DNA of 64,000 nucleotides, taken from contig MNCI01002869.1 of assembly GCA_015680685.1 (NCBI GenBank), forward strand, positions 124,697 to 188,696, written 5' to 3'. Below the pieces are notes generated by a model that was not told the origin of the DNA, did not search any database, and saw only the letters and a program-made list of their open reading frames with translations. The position numbers were made by a program, and so were the translations under genes. Below, piece after piece: positions 39,176 to 54,367 of this stretch (position 1 is the first letter of the stretch; each line of letters opens with the position of its first letter). The stretch comes from Gnetum montanum. Lineage: Eukaryota; Plantae; Gnetophyta.

Positions 39176-40058
39176 TGATGAATTGTGTTTTACATAAGCC
39201 CTAATATTGGGTATTCGATATTGAGGTGGCTGCAATATCAAGTACAAGATATCTAGTATGCAATATCATGGTCGAAGATGTGATATTGGGTATGTGATAT
39301 TGTGGGGTATTCCTCGGCCTATAAATACAACCCTTAGGCATACGATTTAAAGAGAGTTTTTTAGTCAAGTAGTGAAATTCTTGCAGTTTGTTCATTCGAG
39401 AGTTAGAATATTTTTCAAGTGCCTGCAGTAGGAGGTCTAAGTGTAATTGGATCTTTATTCAAGCATTGATGTACCTAAACACACCATTGTGTTGGCAATA
39501 AAGGTGAGCTCTTTGATTCATCCTTGCAACACTTGAGACTTTCTTTCTTTATGCATTTATACATTGTGGTTTCATGTAGTTCACATTTAACGTTATTCGT
39601 TCAGCAATTAATTGTGATTAATTAAGTAGTTAATTAAAATACACAAACATGGTTCCTTCAAACATACGTGTGACACTTGGTAGCTTAGAAATGGTTAGTG
39701 CTTGATAACCTAGCAGTGTTTACACAAAGTTCAAGATGTGTTCGGGAAGTGGGGATAGTTACTTGTGTTAGGCTAGATTAGACAATAGTTCACTTAGCAT
39801 TTAATTACTCTCACTTTCATTATTGTTTTAGACTATCAAATTGATGAAATAGAAAATGATAAAAATCTTATGCCTCAGTCACACTTAACCATACACTTGC
39901 ATTTCACAAGTGAGACTAGGAAGAAAACAAACAGACAACATGAACTCATTATTTAGCTCTAGCATACTTGGTAATTAAAGTTTGCAGAATTTGAATGGAT
40001 CGCATGTAAATTCCTGTGATTCATATGGTTGAACATAGGGGTACCTCGCTACTCATCA
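39176..40058 (+). repeat. 5' LTR of element D
   Basis: TGATG...CATCA; TATAAATA at ~39320; GATATC-rich short repeats in U3. Confidence 0.92.
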
Positions 40059-40221
40059 TTCGTGCTGTTGTTGAGGACTTTAGTTCTATGTATACTATCT
40101 AAACTTAGTAAAATTTGGTAACCTCATTATTCAAACTCTAAGGTCAAATCTTACAAAAAAATTATTATTATAATTAAATTAAATCTTAACTGCACACTGC
40201 ATATAGATTCACTAATATAAA

Positions 40222-43200
40222 ATGTCTTCTTCTCATAGGAGCCTATCTCTACCCAAGATAGACTAAGTGCCTCAACAATACCGGGTGGTATATGCTCATC
40301 CCAATGAGTATGTACCAGACTTCACCTTCAGCTTACATTAAGATGAAATATTGTGGTGGAGTGACATGGAAGACAACATTATGTTGCCACCGGATCAATC
40401 TATTCTAGCTATGCTCTAGCTAATATTTACACAATATGGACTTCAACATCTTCACAGAGAGTATGAGATGTTAGATTCCAATTCAAGGGATTACCATCCC
40501 ACTGAAGCACAAAGGTTAAGGAATTGTTAGCTAGAGCAACAACATGATATTTCAAAGGGTAAGGTGTAAAACACTTTTCCACCTCCGCTTGGCCCATTGG
40601 ATGGAAGAAAACACTTTTTTAGGGACTTTTCCTTTGGTGACACTCCTCTTTTTGACTTTGGTCAAGGGGCCTTAAACTAGAATGTGTAGTCCACAAGTCA
40701 TAATCCTAGTTCTAGTTGAAATGGATCCAATGACAAAAATGGATATGGAGAAGAAAGTCATGACAAGGAGGCAAGTGGAAGTCATGATTGTGATCATGGT
40801 CACAATCATTGAAGAGAAGGTAGTAGGTGCTAGCATGATGCAAGCCCTTCTTCCTCTTCCCCTTTGTCATCATCATCTTCTTCTTCATCTAGCCTAGATC
40901 ATGTCCATAGAGGGCATGACCATGATGGAGGTGACTGATGGGACTAAAACAATAGAAGGGATCATCAAGATAGTCATAATTAGAGGCATGGGCAATATAG
41001 AGAGACCCACTACCATTAATGAAGGGTTAGTAGAGAACATCATAGGCACCATCACAATGGCCTTGATGAACCTCTACTTGCCACTCGGAGCATGTTAAAC
41101 ATTGCAGAGGCTATGAGGATTCCAACAAGGCATGTAAAGGATAGCAGAATAAAGAGGCTGGACATGAAAAATATTCCTTGGTTTGAGGGAGGCTACAACG
41201 CTAATTTGCAAAATCATTTCCAAGCCTTCTAGGATGCATGCACCTTGTAGAATATTGAGAATGATTGGTAGAAGTTGAAATTATTTCCAAGGACACTCAT
41301 TAAGGAAGAAAAAAACTAGTACCGGTCCTTGGAACTAGAATTAATTAGGTGGTGGAGTATCATGTTAGAATTGTTTAATGACAAATATAAAATGTACTCC
41401 CAAGTGTCCAACCTGAGGAAGCAGATCCAAGGATGGAAACAAGGAAATCATGAGCCCTTGGATGTTGCTACTAGCTGATACTACTCTTTGTTGCATTAGT
41501 GTCCTGGCCATGGGTATTCTTACCTTAATCAACTCTGCCATATTATAGATGGGCTGTGATTTAAAACAAGGAAAACCCTTAGTGTCTATGCTCAAGTGAG
41601 ACTAGTAGAGTTAAGTGTCCATCAGATCCAAAAGTTAATTAAGTAGGTAGCCAAGGAGGAGGGAGAACTAAGAAANAAGTGGTGAGTGTGTGTACTAGAG
41701 ATGTAAGGAAGATAAACATGCCATATCCAAGGGTAAGGGGAAGATGGTTGCAATAGAGATGGTTGCAGATAGTGAGTCAAATGATGATAGTAGGTGTGAC
41801 ATTTGCCAGTATGAACATTCCAGGGATGTTATCCAATTGTGTCACACTTGTAGGAATCTGGGATGTATGCCTTACATTCATGACTTGCACAAAAGAAAAC
41901 ACCCAAAATATTTCCTTATCCATAATGCAACTCTCAAAAGTTCCACCAACCATACTAGTATTATCCAAGTGGAACTTCATTGCAATCTTATGAATTGTAC
42001 CAGTAGTGGCAGCAACCACAATTGTGGGTGTTGGCACCTCCAAACCAGTAGTACCCCTACCAGAAACTAGATCCCTATGGTTATTATGTTTAGCAACCTT
42101 CATCTCATTAGGACTCTTTTGGTCATGTTGTTTCTTACCAACCTCACCACTACCCTCCTAAAGTTTACCAACTGCCATATGCAAGGAAGGATGCCACATA
42201 CTATCCTGATGCTCCTCCTATTCCTACACCTACTCCACCTCTTACATAGCTACCACCTACTCCGTCCATGCAGGGTGAATTTCTTGCCCAACCACAACAA
42301 AGAAATGCTATGGGTGGTTAATCTACAACTAGTTAGCTAACCAAGTGGGTTCGAATCATGATCAAAGAAAAGATCCTTCTTCTGACCTCATAGTCCACCA
42401 AAGCCCTTAAACACACTAGTGGTTGGTGGCCTTGCTCCTCCACCTTCCTTTGCATCACCTTTATCTAAGTCTCCTTCAAGCCAAAATCCCTCTCAAATCC
42501 ATAGCGTGATGTTGACCCATGCTGTATCTGATTAGATTCAAGCTAGCAACCTACCTAGGAATTTGCTGATCTTAGGAGTCCCTTAGTATATTTGCAAATT
42601 GTTAGGAATGAGCCTTGTAAAGCTCTTCTTGACTCTAGTTTTAGTGTTAACATGATCTCACATGTGATGTATACTATGTGGAACCTTCCTCCCTTAAAGA
42701 AGAGCAACATTTGGCTGGAGTTGGTAAACTAGTCCATCACTATTCCATTGGGACTAATAGAAGACATCGTGGCCACTGTCTGTGGGTGGTCATATCTTGC
42801 CAACTTCCTAGTAATCAAGGTGGAGAAATGTATGGGGAACTTCCCAATTATTATGGGAAGGGCATGGTTAAGCACTTTTGATGCCAAAATGGGCATTAGA
42901 TATCTTTTCTTAGATATATCCAAAGAAAATGAATTTGGGAAGATCGAGAAGAAGAGGATTTCATGTATTACGTACAACAATTCAGGGTTCCATTGTGTGT
43001 AGAAGCTATGGTCAGTGAAACAAACATCTATCTTTGCATGCAAGCAGTGCACACCGAAAGCTAAAATCCAAAGATGTCTATATGTTGTAGCTACAAAACA
43101 AGAAGGCACCTAGTGGATGATAGTTGATTTTAGTAGCAATACATTATGCATGGAACCTACTAATGGCCTAACATGTGAGTATGCTACAAGTATGGATAAA

Positions 43201-46200
43201 ATCAAGCAAGTTCATCACTAGATCTTCGAGGGAGTAAATGATGATATCAATTGGGAAGAGTTGGATATTCTTGACAATTTCAAACAAGAACCCCTTGAAT
43301 TAAAGACACTAAAAACCAAAATGGAGTATGTGTTCTTAAAAAATAAAAAGTTGATCATTATTAATGCCAAACTTGCTATAGGACAAAAGAAGATGTTGAT
43401 GAATGTTATGGAAAAATGGTCAGCAACCTTTGTCTAGTCATATTCTGAGCTCACAGGAATAGATCCAAGAATATGCTAGCACTAGATATACACTGACCCT
43501 ATTGTTAAGCCAAAATGATAGTTGCAACAATGATTGAATCCCAAATTAAAGCAAATTATCAAAGAGGAGATCGAGTAGTTCCTCAAGGTGGGATTCATCT
43601 ACCTTGTTGTAGATAGTGAGTAGGTTAGTCCACTCATGATCATGCCCAAGAAAGAGGGAAAATGACAGGTGTGCATTGACTTCTAGCTACTCAATATGGT
43701 AACTTTCAAAGATAATTTTCTATTGTCCTTTGTTGACCAAGTGCTAGACGCCATTTTTGGGAATAGCTACTATAGCTTTCTAGATCGGTATAGTGGCTAT
43801 AACCAAATTGAAATCACACCAGAGGACTAGGAAAAGATGACTTTCACAAGTCCTTGGGGGGCTTTTGCTTATTGTCAAATGCCATTTGGTCTATATAATC
43901 CCCCAGCTACATTTCAATGATTAGTCCTTAGCATTTTTCAATAATAAATTGGTAGCGAGATAGAAGTCTTCATGGATGACGTTTCTACCTATGGAGCTAT
44001 GTTCAAGAAAGTCCGAGACCATATTGAGCAAGTGTTCAGGAGATGTGTTGAAACAAACCTCTAGCTCAATTGGCAAAAGAGCCATTTTATGATCTAGGAA
44101 GGCAGAGTCTTGGGGCATGGTATCTCAAAAGTAGGAATTGAGGTGGACCTTGAAAAGATAAGGGTCATCTAAGGAATAACCTGTCAACCAGAAATAATTA
44201 AAGAAATTTAGTTATTCCTTGGTCATATTGGCTACTACTAGCATTTCATCAAGAACTTTTCCAAAATTGCCAAGTCATTGGTTGAATTAATAAAGAAAGA
44301 TGAACCATTTTTCTAGACCCCTACATGTGAAACAACATTTCAAAAACCAAAGTAGAAGCTTGTTGAGACCCCAATTCTACAAGCACATGATTGGTTCAGG
44401 CCATTTCATGTGATGACTAATGCATCAAATTATGCTTTGGGGGTAGTGCTTATGCAAATGGATGATCAAAGATGTCCATATTACATTCACTACACAAGTT
44501 GGAGTATCACAGGAGCACAACTGAACTACACCACTATACAAAAAGAGTTGATGGTAGTGGTGTTTGCCTTAGAAAAGTTCAAGCACTATGTGCTTGGTTA
44601 TAAAGTTTTCATACACATAGATCATAGTGCCATCAAATTTTTAATGAATAAACCAATGGTAAGCCCCCATGTCATATGGTGGCTCATGATTTTGCAAGAG
44701 TTTGATCTCACAATGGTAGATCAAAAGGGTGTGGAAAATGTGGTCCCTGACCACTTATCATGACTAAGATGGGATGACAAGGAGAAAGAGAGCCCCTTAT
44801 CTGATCAATTTCCTACTAAATATCTCTTTATAGAGGGTATTATTGCACAAATGCCTAATGAACGAAGATGGTATGATGTCATTCTTACTTATTTTCTTAA
44901 GCAAGAATTGCCACAAGGGCTGAACACTTGGATGAAACAACATTTTCTTTACCAATTTAAGTGTTTCATTGAAATCAATGGGAACCTTTACAAAGTATGT
45001 CTTGATGGCTTGGTACATTGGTGTGTCCCTGATACAGATCAACTATGCATTCTTTAGGATGCTTATGAAGGACCTTATGGGGGCCATTATGCTTGGAGAT
45101 GCATGACCATAAAAATCATCATGGTAGGATATTACTGGCCAACAATCTTCAGAGATGCATACTAGTCCATCCATGCTTGTGATCATTGTTAGAGAGATGG
45201 TGGAATGATAGCTCAAATGGAGGGGCCACAACAATGGATTCAACCTTTCAAGCCATTTGATATTTGGGGCATTGAATTTATGGGTCAAATGGAAAGGAAT
45301 ATATAATAGTTGTAGTTGACTATTGCACTAAGTGGGTAGAAGTAGTAGTAGTCATCGATTGTACATCCACTACTATTTCTTAGTTTGTACAATAGAACAT
45401 CATAAACAGGTTTGGTGTGCCTTGTGCATTAATTTTTGACAATGGACCTCATTTCATAGGTACCACTTTTCAAAAAATTATGTAGCACTTGGGGTTTAAG
45501 TAGAAACTCACAACACCTTATCACCCTCAAGCCAATGGTCAAGCTGAAGTCACTAATCAGGAGATTACAAAAATTTTAACATGCACTATTAGCAAGTACT
45601 AAAGGGATTGGAACACCAAACTAAAAAATGCCCTTTGGGCCTATTGCTTCACATGAAAGCTTCCCATAGGTTATTCTCCCTATGAGCTCGTGTATGGAAA
45701 GCTACCAACATTGCCCATTCAATTCAAGGTCTATACACTCTCTACAGCCTATGACCTTGACATGCATCTAAGTCTAGCATAGAAAGTAACATTAATGAAT
45801 CTCAACTTGCTAGATGAAAATTGATTAATGATCCTATCATCTAATGAAGTGCATAATACATTGAACAAGAAATGCCATGTTGTCAAAATAAGAAAATTAA
45901 AGTTTCAACTAGGAGACAAGGTTCACTAATAGAATCCCACACATGTACCTTAGCGAACCAAGTTTCAAATGTTGTGGGAAGAACCTTAAATTATCAAAGA
46001 TACTTTTCCATATGGGGCCATGATCATATATAAACCTGACAACCAAGATAAGAAGTAATTAGTCAAAATCCAACAACTAAAACTTTTCCATGAGCCCAAG
46101 CCAACCAACTCAATAGACACCTTGCAAGATGGAGAACCACACTCAAGCTTTCGGATCTCCTCTTTCCAACTTACTTATGGGGGAGATGGCCATCCATACC

Positions 46201-46210
46201 AACACTGTAA
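40222..46210 (+). pseudogene. pol: Degenerate gag-pol of element D
   Basis: PR: LLDSSFSVN, FPIIMGRAW. RT: MPFGL, VFMDD. RH: TNASNYALGVVL, YTTIQKEL. INT: PFDIWGIEFMG, TPYHPQANGQ. Many stop codons. Confidence 0.9.
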
Positions 46211-48006
46211 GTAGCTCCTTAGTCTTTCAATTGTTTGTTTTACACATTTTTGGTTTTACAAATTTTTGTTTTTCATATTCTTTGTTTTACATCTTTTTGG
46301 TTTTCAAGTTATTGATCTTTTCTAAGTTTTTGTTCTATATCATCATTAGTATATTTAATATTTCTTGAATATCTTTTACTTGCTTTTATATTTTCTCATG
46401 TTTGGTGTAATTTTCTACTCTTTTGGCTAATAAGATGCTAGGTATAATGGCAATGTGCTACTTGATGGTGGTATGTATCATTTGTGATTTGATTGTTGAT
46501 GTCTAGTTTCTTACTTTGAATGTCATTATTGACAACTAGGACATGGTTTCTTTTCATGTAATAGGCAATGAGTCCAAATCATCCACCCATTTACACACTC
46601 TATGGGTTTCCCTATTTTGGAAATGTGTAGTTCCTTTTTCATTAAAATAACTTTAATAAAATTGTGACTTGTGTAGTTTTTGAAATTGGAAGGATTCAAA
46701 GGTTCAGACAGGATGTGGCTTCAAAGGGATACAATATTCTTCATGCTTTTCTATTTTCCTATGTGCGAGGGTTTTCTCCTAAACTTTTCACCATTCCATG
46801 TCATTCCACAATAGAAGTCAAATAAGTCCTTACATGGTGTGGTCCTCATTAAAAAAAAGANCTTCCTACTCCTTCTTCAATTTGGAATGGTGGTTGTTTT
46901 GTGGCAGCATTCATGTGTCTCAAGGGATGGACTAGTCTTAGAATGTTAATGCAAAGTCACTGAAGGTGTTTTGTTTTGTTCAGGATTAAGGATGGATCCT
47001 ACCAAGTCATTTAATTACAAACTCTACAAGGGAATTTATGTGACCATAATTAGGAACTCCATTCCATTCTATCTCTCATCCATCTATGCTTTTCATGTCT
47101 CACCTCACTACTAGTTTAATGTTTTAATTTGATGTTCTGGTTTGATGTGTTGAGATTCTTAGTCAATTACTTTTGGGTTTTTGTACTTAATCTTTCATAA
47201 CCATTAATCATCCATGGAGCCCATAGACTCCTTGGTTTGAAGTTATGCAAGGGAATAAAAGGCCTATGCCTACTTTGGGAAGGATCCACTTGCATATCTT
47301 TTGGTTTGGTTAAGTTAAGTTCTTTAACCTTAGACATTTTTACAATCGAGTTCTTTTTAGTTACCCCATGAATGCCATCCAATTGTGCACATCTTCACAA
47401 CTGTTTTTAGTGAATTCTTTCTTTTTATTGTTGTGAATTTCTATAAACTATTTTTAGTATTCCATGTGTTAAGCTTTTTCTAAATTTTATGGACTACTTC
47501 TCTTACCTAACCTATTTGTCAGTCTTACCACTAACGTTATCAAGCAACCAATCTACCACAATCACAACTTATCTAGGTATAACCACTGATGAAATAATGT
47601 ATTCAACTGCTATGTGTTATACTTTATATAATAATCCTTATTTTTTTGTGATTGCAGTGGGAATCATGGACTAGAAGTAGGATTTTCTTCACCAAAGATG
47701 ATGTAGCAATATCACTCATAGGAAATTGTTCATGATCGCTGAATGTCTTCTACTTCTCCCTCATTCTTCTATTACCAAGAGGGGTTGGATGTCCATTGGA
47801 TCTGAGGGTGTTCTTTCTTATTGTCATGAACATCCAATTTTGTACATAATTAGAATGATGTATGCTCAAGAACTTCTGTATTTTTCTATTTCCTCTGTGT
47901 AACTTTGCATGTCAGTAAAACATTCCATACCTCCTAATATATTTTGTAAGGAACTTATTCCTCTTTTCTATACTTGAGGATGCATTTTTATTTAGTTGTG
48001 AGGGTA

Positions 48007-48848
48007 TGATGAATTGTGTTTTACATAAGCCCTGATATCATATCATCACCTAATATCATGGCCCAAGATGTGATATCAAGTGTGCGATATCATGGGGTAT
48101 TCCTGGGCCTATAAATATAGCCCTTGGGCACATGATTCAAAGAGAGTTTTTTAGTCAAGTAGTGAAATTCTTACAGTTTGTTCATTTGAGAGTTAGAATG
48201 TTTTCCAAGTGCCTATAGTAGGGGGTCTAAGCGTAATTGGATCTTTATTCAATCATTAATGTACTTGAACACACCATTGTGTTGGCAATAAAGATGAGCT
48301 CTTTGATTCATCCTTGCAGCACTTGAGACTTTCTTTCTTTATGCATTTGTACATTGCGATTTCATGTAGTTCACATTTAATGTTATTCATTTAGTAATTA
48401 GTTTTTATTAATTAATAAATTAATTAAAATACACAAGCATGACCCATTTGAACATATGTGTTACACTATGTAGCTTAGAAATAGTTAGTATTTGACAACC
48501 CAGTAGTGTTTACACGAAGTTCAGGATGTGTTTGGGAAGTGGGGATGGTTACTTGTGTTATGCTAGATTAGAAAATAGTTCACTTATCATTTAATTACTC
48601 ACACTTTCATTATTTTTTTAGGAAATAAAATTGATAAAACATAAAATGACAAAAATATTATGCCTCAGTCACACTTAACCATGCACTTGCATTTCATAAG
48701 TGAGACTAGGAAGACAATGAACGAACAACATGAACTCACTATTTAGCTCTAGTGTACTTGGTAATTAAAATCTATAGAATTCAACCAAATCGCATGTGTA
48801 CACATATGATTTGTATGGTTGAGTGTAGGGGTACCTCACCGCTCATCA
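48007..48848 (+). repeat. 3' LTR of element D
   Basis: Direct repeat of 39176-40058, ~40 bp shorter in the U3 short-repeat block. Confidence 0.92.
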
Positions 48849-48853
48849 ACATT

Positions 48854-51800
48854 TAACCTAATTTCATCAAGTTCAAGTATTTGAATAATTCTATAGTTAT
48901 GATTTATTTCTTTATCAAAAGTCAATTGTTGTGCTAATTGTAAAGATTGGTATTTGATTTCTATGGGCAATAAACATTGTTTGCCATAAACCAATTAATA
49001 AGGTAAATAACATAAAATTGGTTTATATGTAATTATATAGATCCAAGGTACATCTTGTAATTTTTTTGACCAATCTTTCTTTTTAGCACATACAGTTTTG
49101 GTTAATATCTTTAAAATAGTTCTATTTACATTTTCTACTTGACCCTTTTTTTGAGGATATAAGAAGTAGCTATTTTATGTTGGATTCCACAAGACTTAAG
49201 GAAATTTTCCATTATTTTATTTACAAAATGACTTCCTTGATCACTTATGATCACTTGTGGAGTTTCAAATCATGTTAGAATATATTCTCTACGAAACGCT
49301 TCCACTACTTTAACATCATTTGTTGGGGTGGCTTTAACTTCTACCCACTTAGTAACATAGTTGATACAAACCAAAATATATTAACAACCATTGGATGATG
49401 GGAATGATCTTAAAATGTTTATTTCCCACAAATCAAATGGGTCAGTTATTAAAATTAAATTTAGTGGGATGTGTGTTTTAGTTATGACCCCTATTCATTG
49501 GCATATATCATATTCTTAGACATATTTATATGAATATATAAATATGAAGGCCAATAGAATCCAATTTGCAAAATTTCAATAGCAGTGCATTTACTATAAA
49601 AATATCCACCTCCAAGGTCATCATGGCACATCTGTAAAATTTCCTATTGTTCATCCTTAGCCATACATCTTCTTGCTACATTATCTTTACATATTCTATA
49701 AAGGTATGATTCATTCCAAATATATATAGATATATTTCTTCAAAATAATTTCTTTTCCTTCTTACTCCATTATGTTGGGGTTTTCATAGTGGTAAGATAG
49801 GTTGCTATATCAGTAAACCATGGACCCTTCTTTATGAGAAAGAGTTTTTCATCAAGGAATTCATGTGGAATACTCCTTTTGTTCTATTTTAATCCCTTTT
49901 TTCTAATCTACAAAGATTATCTATCACAACATTTTCTCTACCCCTTTTGTCTAAAATGTTGAAATCAAATTCTTGGAGCAATAGACACCATCTTATTATT
50001 CTAGAATTTTCTATTTCTTAGTAACTAAAAATTTAATGGCTAAATTGTTAATATAAATTCTAATTTTATATCCTATTAAAAAATGTCTAAATTTATCCAA
50101 AGCATACACAATGGCTAAAAGTTATTTTCCTATAGTTGTATAATTTACTTAGGCTTGATCTAAAATTTTAGACACATAATAGATGAATTGTGGCTTATTA
50201 TCTATATATGGTCCTAAAATTGCCAATATAGTGGTGTCACTAGCATCATATATCAAATCAAATGGAAAATCCCAATTGGGTGCATTAAATATAGGGGCGG
50301 TGGTTACTCTTTTCTTTAGTTCTAAAAATGCTTCTTAACAATCATTAGTCCATACAAAACGAAAAAATTTTTCTAGGAGCATGTAAAATGGTTTACCAAG
50401 TTTGAAAAATCTTTGATAAATCACCTATAATATCTAGCATGTTCTAGAAAGGATCGAAGGGTATTTAAATTAGTTGGAGCTAGGAATGTGGATATTACTT
50501 TTAATTTTTCCTTGTCCATTCTTATCCCATCCTTAGAGATAATTTGTCCTGAGACTATACCACTCGTAACTATCAAATGACTCTTTTCCCAACTCAATTT
50601 TAGATTTTCATCAGTACATCTTTCTAACACATATTCCAAATGATGTAATGTTTATTCATAAGTGTCCCCATAGAACAAAAAATCATCCATAAATACTTCC
50701 ATATAGTCTTCTAACACATTAGAGAATCTACATATCATGGCTCTTTGGAAGGTAGCAGGTGCATTACAAAGCCCAAAAGACTTTTGTTGGTAAGAAGAAG
50801 TTCCATATGGACATGTAAATGTTGTTTTATGTTGGTCATTAGGTGAAATGGCTACTTGATTGTAACTTCTAAATCCATAAGAAAAAAATAATACAAATGT
50901 CCTAATTTTTCTAAAATTTGGTCTATATAAGGTAAAGGAAAATGATCAATCTTTATGTTTTGATTGAGCTTTCTAAAATCGACAAAAATTCTCCATGTTC
51001 CTCATTTTTAGGAACAACAGTAATAGGACTTACCCATTCACTATTGGCTATTGTATAAATGATTCCTTTCTTCCAAAGTTTAGAAATCTCACCCTTAACT
51101 ATTTTTTTTCAAACCAGGATTAATTTTTCTAGGGGGAATTTTGACTAGTCTTACATTGTCTTCTAGATAGATATGATGTTGGTAGATGTTGGGTGAGATT
51201 TCTTGATGAAGGTCATCATAACTCCATGTAAATGCCTTAGAAGTTCTATGTAAAACTTCTAATAATTTTGCTTCTTGGTCATTAGAAAGTTGGAAATTTA
51301 TTATTAATAGTTTATTATTATTAAGAAAAATGTACTTAGGAGTACTAGGTAATTATCTAAGATCCAAAGAATTAGGGTTGAATTGTTTCTTTAGTATTTT
51401 CCAATCTAGAATTCAAAATTTGGTCAAGGAGATCTTTTTTTTCTTTTGTAGAGGGGTCTAAAGGTCCTTCCTCAAAATTGCTTAATCCTAGTGTTTCCCT
51501 ATCTTGTGCCATTGCTAAAGTGGGTATTGTATATAGCACTCTAGCCTCTATCAAATCTTGATTCAATTGGTGCTCTTTTCCTTTATCATATATGTTAAGC
51601 ATAAAATTAAGATTAGTAGAAGATAATTGGAGTTACCTTGATCTACAATTGATTACAACATTAGCTATTGCTAACCAAGGTCTACCTAGTATGATGGGAA
51701 AGAAATCTGGATTTTTTACTTCCAACACTAAAAAGTCAATAGGGTATTTTCTTCTTTCAACCTCTACTATTAAATCTTCCACTACTCTTATAGGTTTTAC

Positions 51801-53900
51801 ATTAGATCCATCAACTAAATATATTGTCATATTTACCTTTTTTATATCCTTCTAATCAAGTTGCATAATATTGATACTAACTACTAGATCCAATAGGGCA
51901 TTCTTAATAATCTATCCATTTATTTTAACTTGAATTGTATGAACCCTTGGGTCATGATATTTTGGAAATTCATGGCTTTTTATAAGTTAAGATAGATTAC
52001 CAACCAAAGAAACTTGCCTAGGAATCTTTTCTTTCCTTCTCTTAGTGCATAATTCCATTAAATACTTAGCATAGAGAGGCGTATCCTTCATAGCTTGTCC
52101 AAAGGAATATGCAAAGATAATTCACTAAGAATTTTTTCTACATGGGCCTTGTTTGTAAAGTTCTCTTGTGATCATTTAGGAAAAGGAGGTAAGGTTTTTT
52201 GTCTAGGAAAATAAGAAGAGGTTAATGGTTTTTCTCTTTTCCTTATTAACTGGTTATTTTCCTCTTCATTTAGTACTTGTGGTTGAGATGTTTCTTTTAT
52301 CTCAACTTCTTGAAATCTAACATTCTTTTGAGATCTAGGCTCCATGGTCTTTTCACTCCTAGTAGTTATGAAATGTAATTGCTCCTTACCCTTTCTTTGA
52401 GATGTAGGATTTGGATTAGGTTGGAAAGGTAATTCATTCTTTATTAAGTCTTGAAATCTTCTTCTAGTTTCACTCATGAATTGCCTACTTTCCTTAATGA
52501 AGAAATTAAGACTTTGAGTAAGTTTATCTAAGTGCTTATTAGTTGGGCTCTTAAATAGTCTAAAATTATTTTGAGGATATTGTTGTTGAAAAGATGGTCT
52601 CTGTGGAAAAGTGATTATTGGTTGGATTCTTGAAAAGCCTTTATTGATTCTTGCACTTCCTCTTGATAATATGATAAGGCTGGAAAAGTGGTGCAATCAT
52701 GTTGTGGACTACCACAAAGGCTACATACTTCACTTTGCACCACATGAACTTGTTTCATTATTAACTGTGTCAACTCATTCACTTTTTTATTTAATTATTT
52801 AGTTTGTTGGATCATGCCTTGCATGTTTTTGGGTTTTGATCACCTCTTGCTCTAATCTACTAATGAATCTATTATTTTCTAGCCATATTCTAATATCACA
52901 TTCAATGTATTTCTACCACATGTAAAGTCAAAATTTTGCCTATAATATGATAATAGAAATTTTACAAAAGTTTGAATAAGTTGATGGGTTGGAAATCCAT
53001 GATTGGGATTCCTTAAATATAATCCTTTAAATTTATCAAAATTAATATGATAATCCTCATATTCTTGTTGCATGAAACTCATTAGTTTCTACCTTAATGA
53101 ATACAACCTATCATTAGAGAGAAATATTTGAAGAAAGAAAGCCTGAAATTCATCGCATGAATTAATTTGTGTCATAAGGATTTTTACCAAAAAATTAGCT
53201 TTATCTTTCAAGGTTGACTTAAAAGAAATCATTTTTATTCTATCCTCACTTTGAGGTGCCAGCATTGCTATTGTGGTTTTAAATTCTTTTATGTGAGTGA
53301 TTGGATCTTCATCATTTATTCCCCTAAAAATAAGTAATAGGTGAATGTTTTTAAACTCTACATTTCTACCTTGTGAAAAAACTAATGATCCTTGATGTAT
53401 GATTGATGTCCTTTGATTTAATAAATCCCTAAGAATTTATCCTTGGTGGGCCTATCCAACTGGAATATTGGAACCTAAAATACCAAAGGAAAAAAGAATG
53501 AACCAAAAGAAATTTGAGGAGTTTCATGGTGTGAAGGAGATCTAATTGTAAAAGTAGAAGTTACTATTAGGGTTACAATTGGACTCAATATAGAAATAGA
53601 GGCTACTAATGTAATTGGAATTTGCAAATTTAAGGTATTTATAAGTTGGGTGATTCCTCCCATTGTAGTCACATTACTTAACATTTGGCTAAAACTTTGA
53701 CTTTGTGAACCTACCATTGTAGTTGAACTCATAGTTTACATTATATTAGTTGGAATATCAAATAGAGGATTAAAATATGTAGAAAATTTGGATTGTATAC
53801 TTCCCCTTTTTGTTGAATCTCTCTTGTTGTTAGAATGTTACTCTTCAAAAGAGGAAAAAGGGATTAATTTTGGTTATCTTTGTTCCTCTTGATCTTATCT
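48854..53900 (-). pseudogene. pol: Degenerate gag-pol of element E
   Basis: Gag ~53380-52850; PR PIDFLVLE...PIILGRPWLA; RT LERCTDENLKLSWEKSH; RH; INT DPFDLWEINI. Confidence 0.88.
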
Positions 53901-54367
53901 TAAATTAGTTCATGTACACTTATAATGGCTAATGGTATTCCTAGGAGGTTGCATTTGTGTTGGGTTTTTAGGTTGCTTTGTTGGTTTCATTTAACAATCA
54001 CATTCCTCCTTAGCATATTCGTGGGCAACCATTCCTAAGATTCTAAAAATTGATTTAATTACCCCTGAAATTACTATCTTAATTGCAAATTTCTTTATAG
54101 TCTTAGTAGGTTGGGCATTAAGAGGAGATGATTCTTAGGATTGTATCTTGTTCCTTATTTTTAAACTTTATAATACAAGAAAAATAATTGAAAGAAACCA
54201 TGTCTAAAACTACTTAACCAAAAGGAAATAAAATAAAATAAAATGAAATAAAAAGAGAAATATAGCACACATGTTGAAAAGTAATAGATCTATAAAATAA
54301 ATTTGAAAATGTATAGAACCCTTAATGATGATTATCTCTACTAGCCTTCTCGGGAATAGTGCCAAAT

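Larger units (their letters stand above)
39176..48848 (+). mobile_element. Element D: full-length decayed Athila-like gypsy element
   Basis: LTRs 39176-40058 and 48007-48848; TSD GCATT/ACATT; decayed PBS at 40059-40078; PPT-like tract before 48007; gag-PR-RT-RH-INT. Confidence 0.92.
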
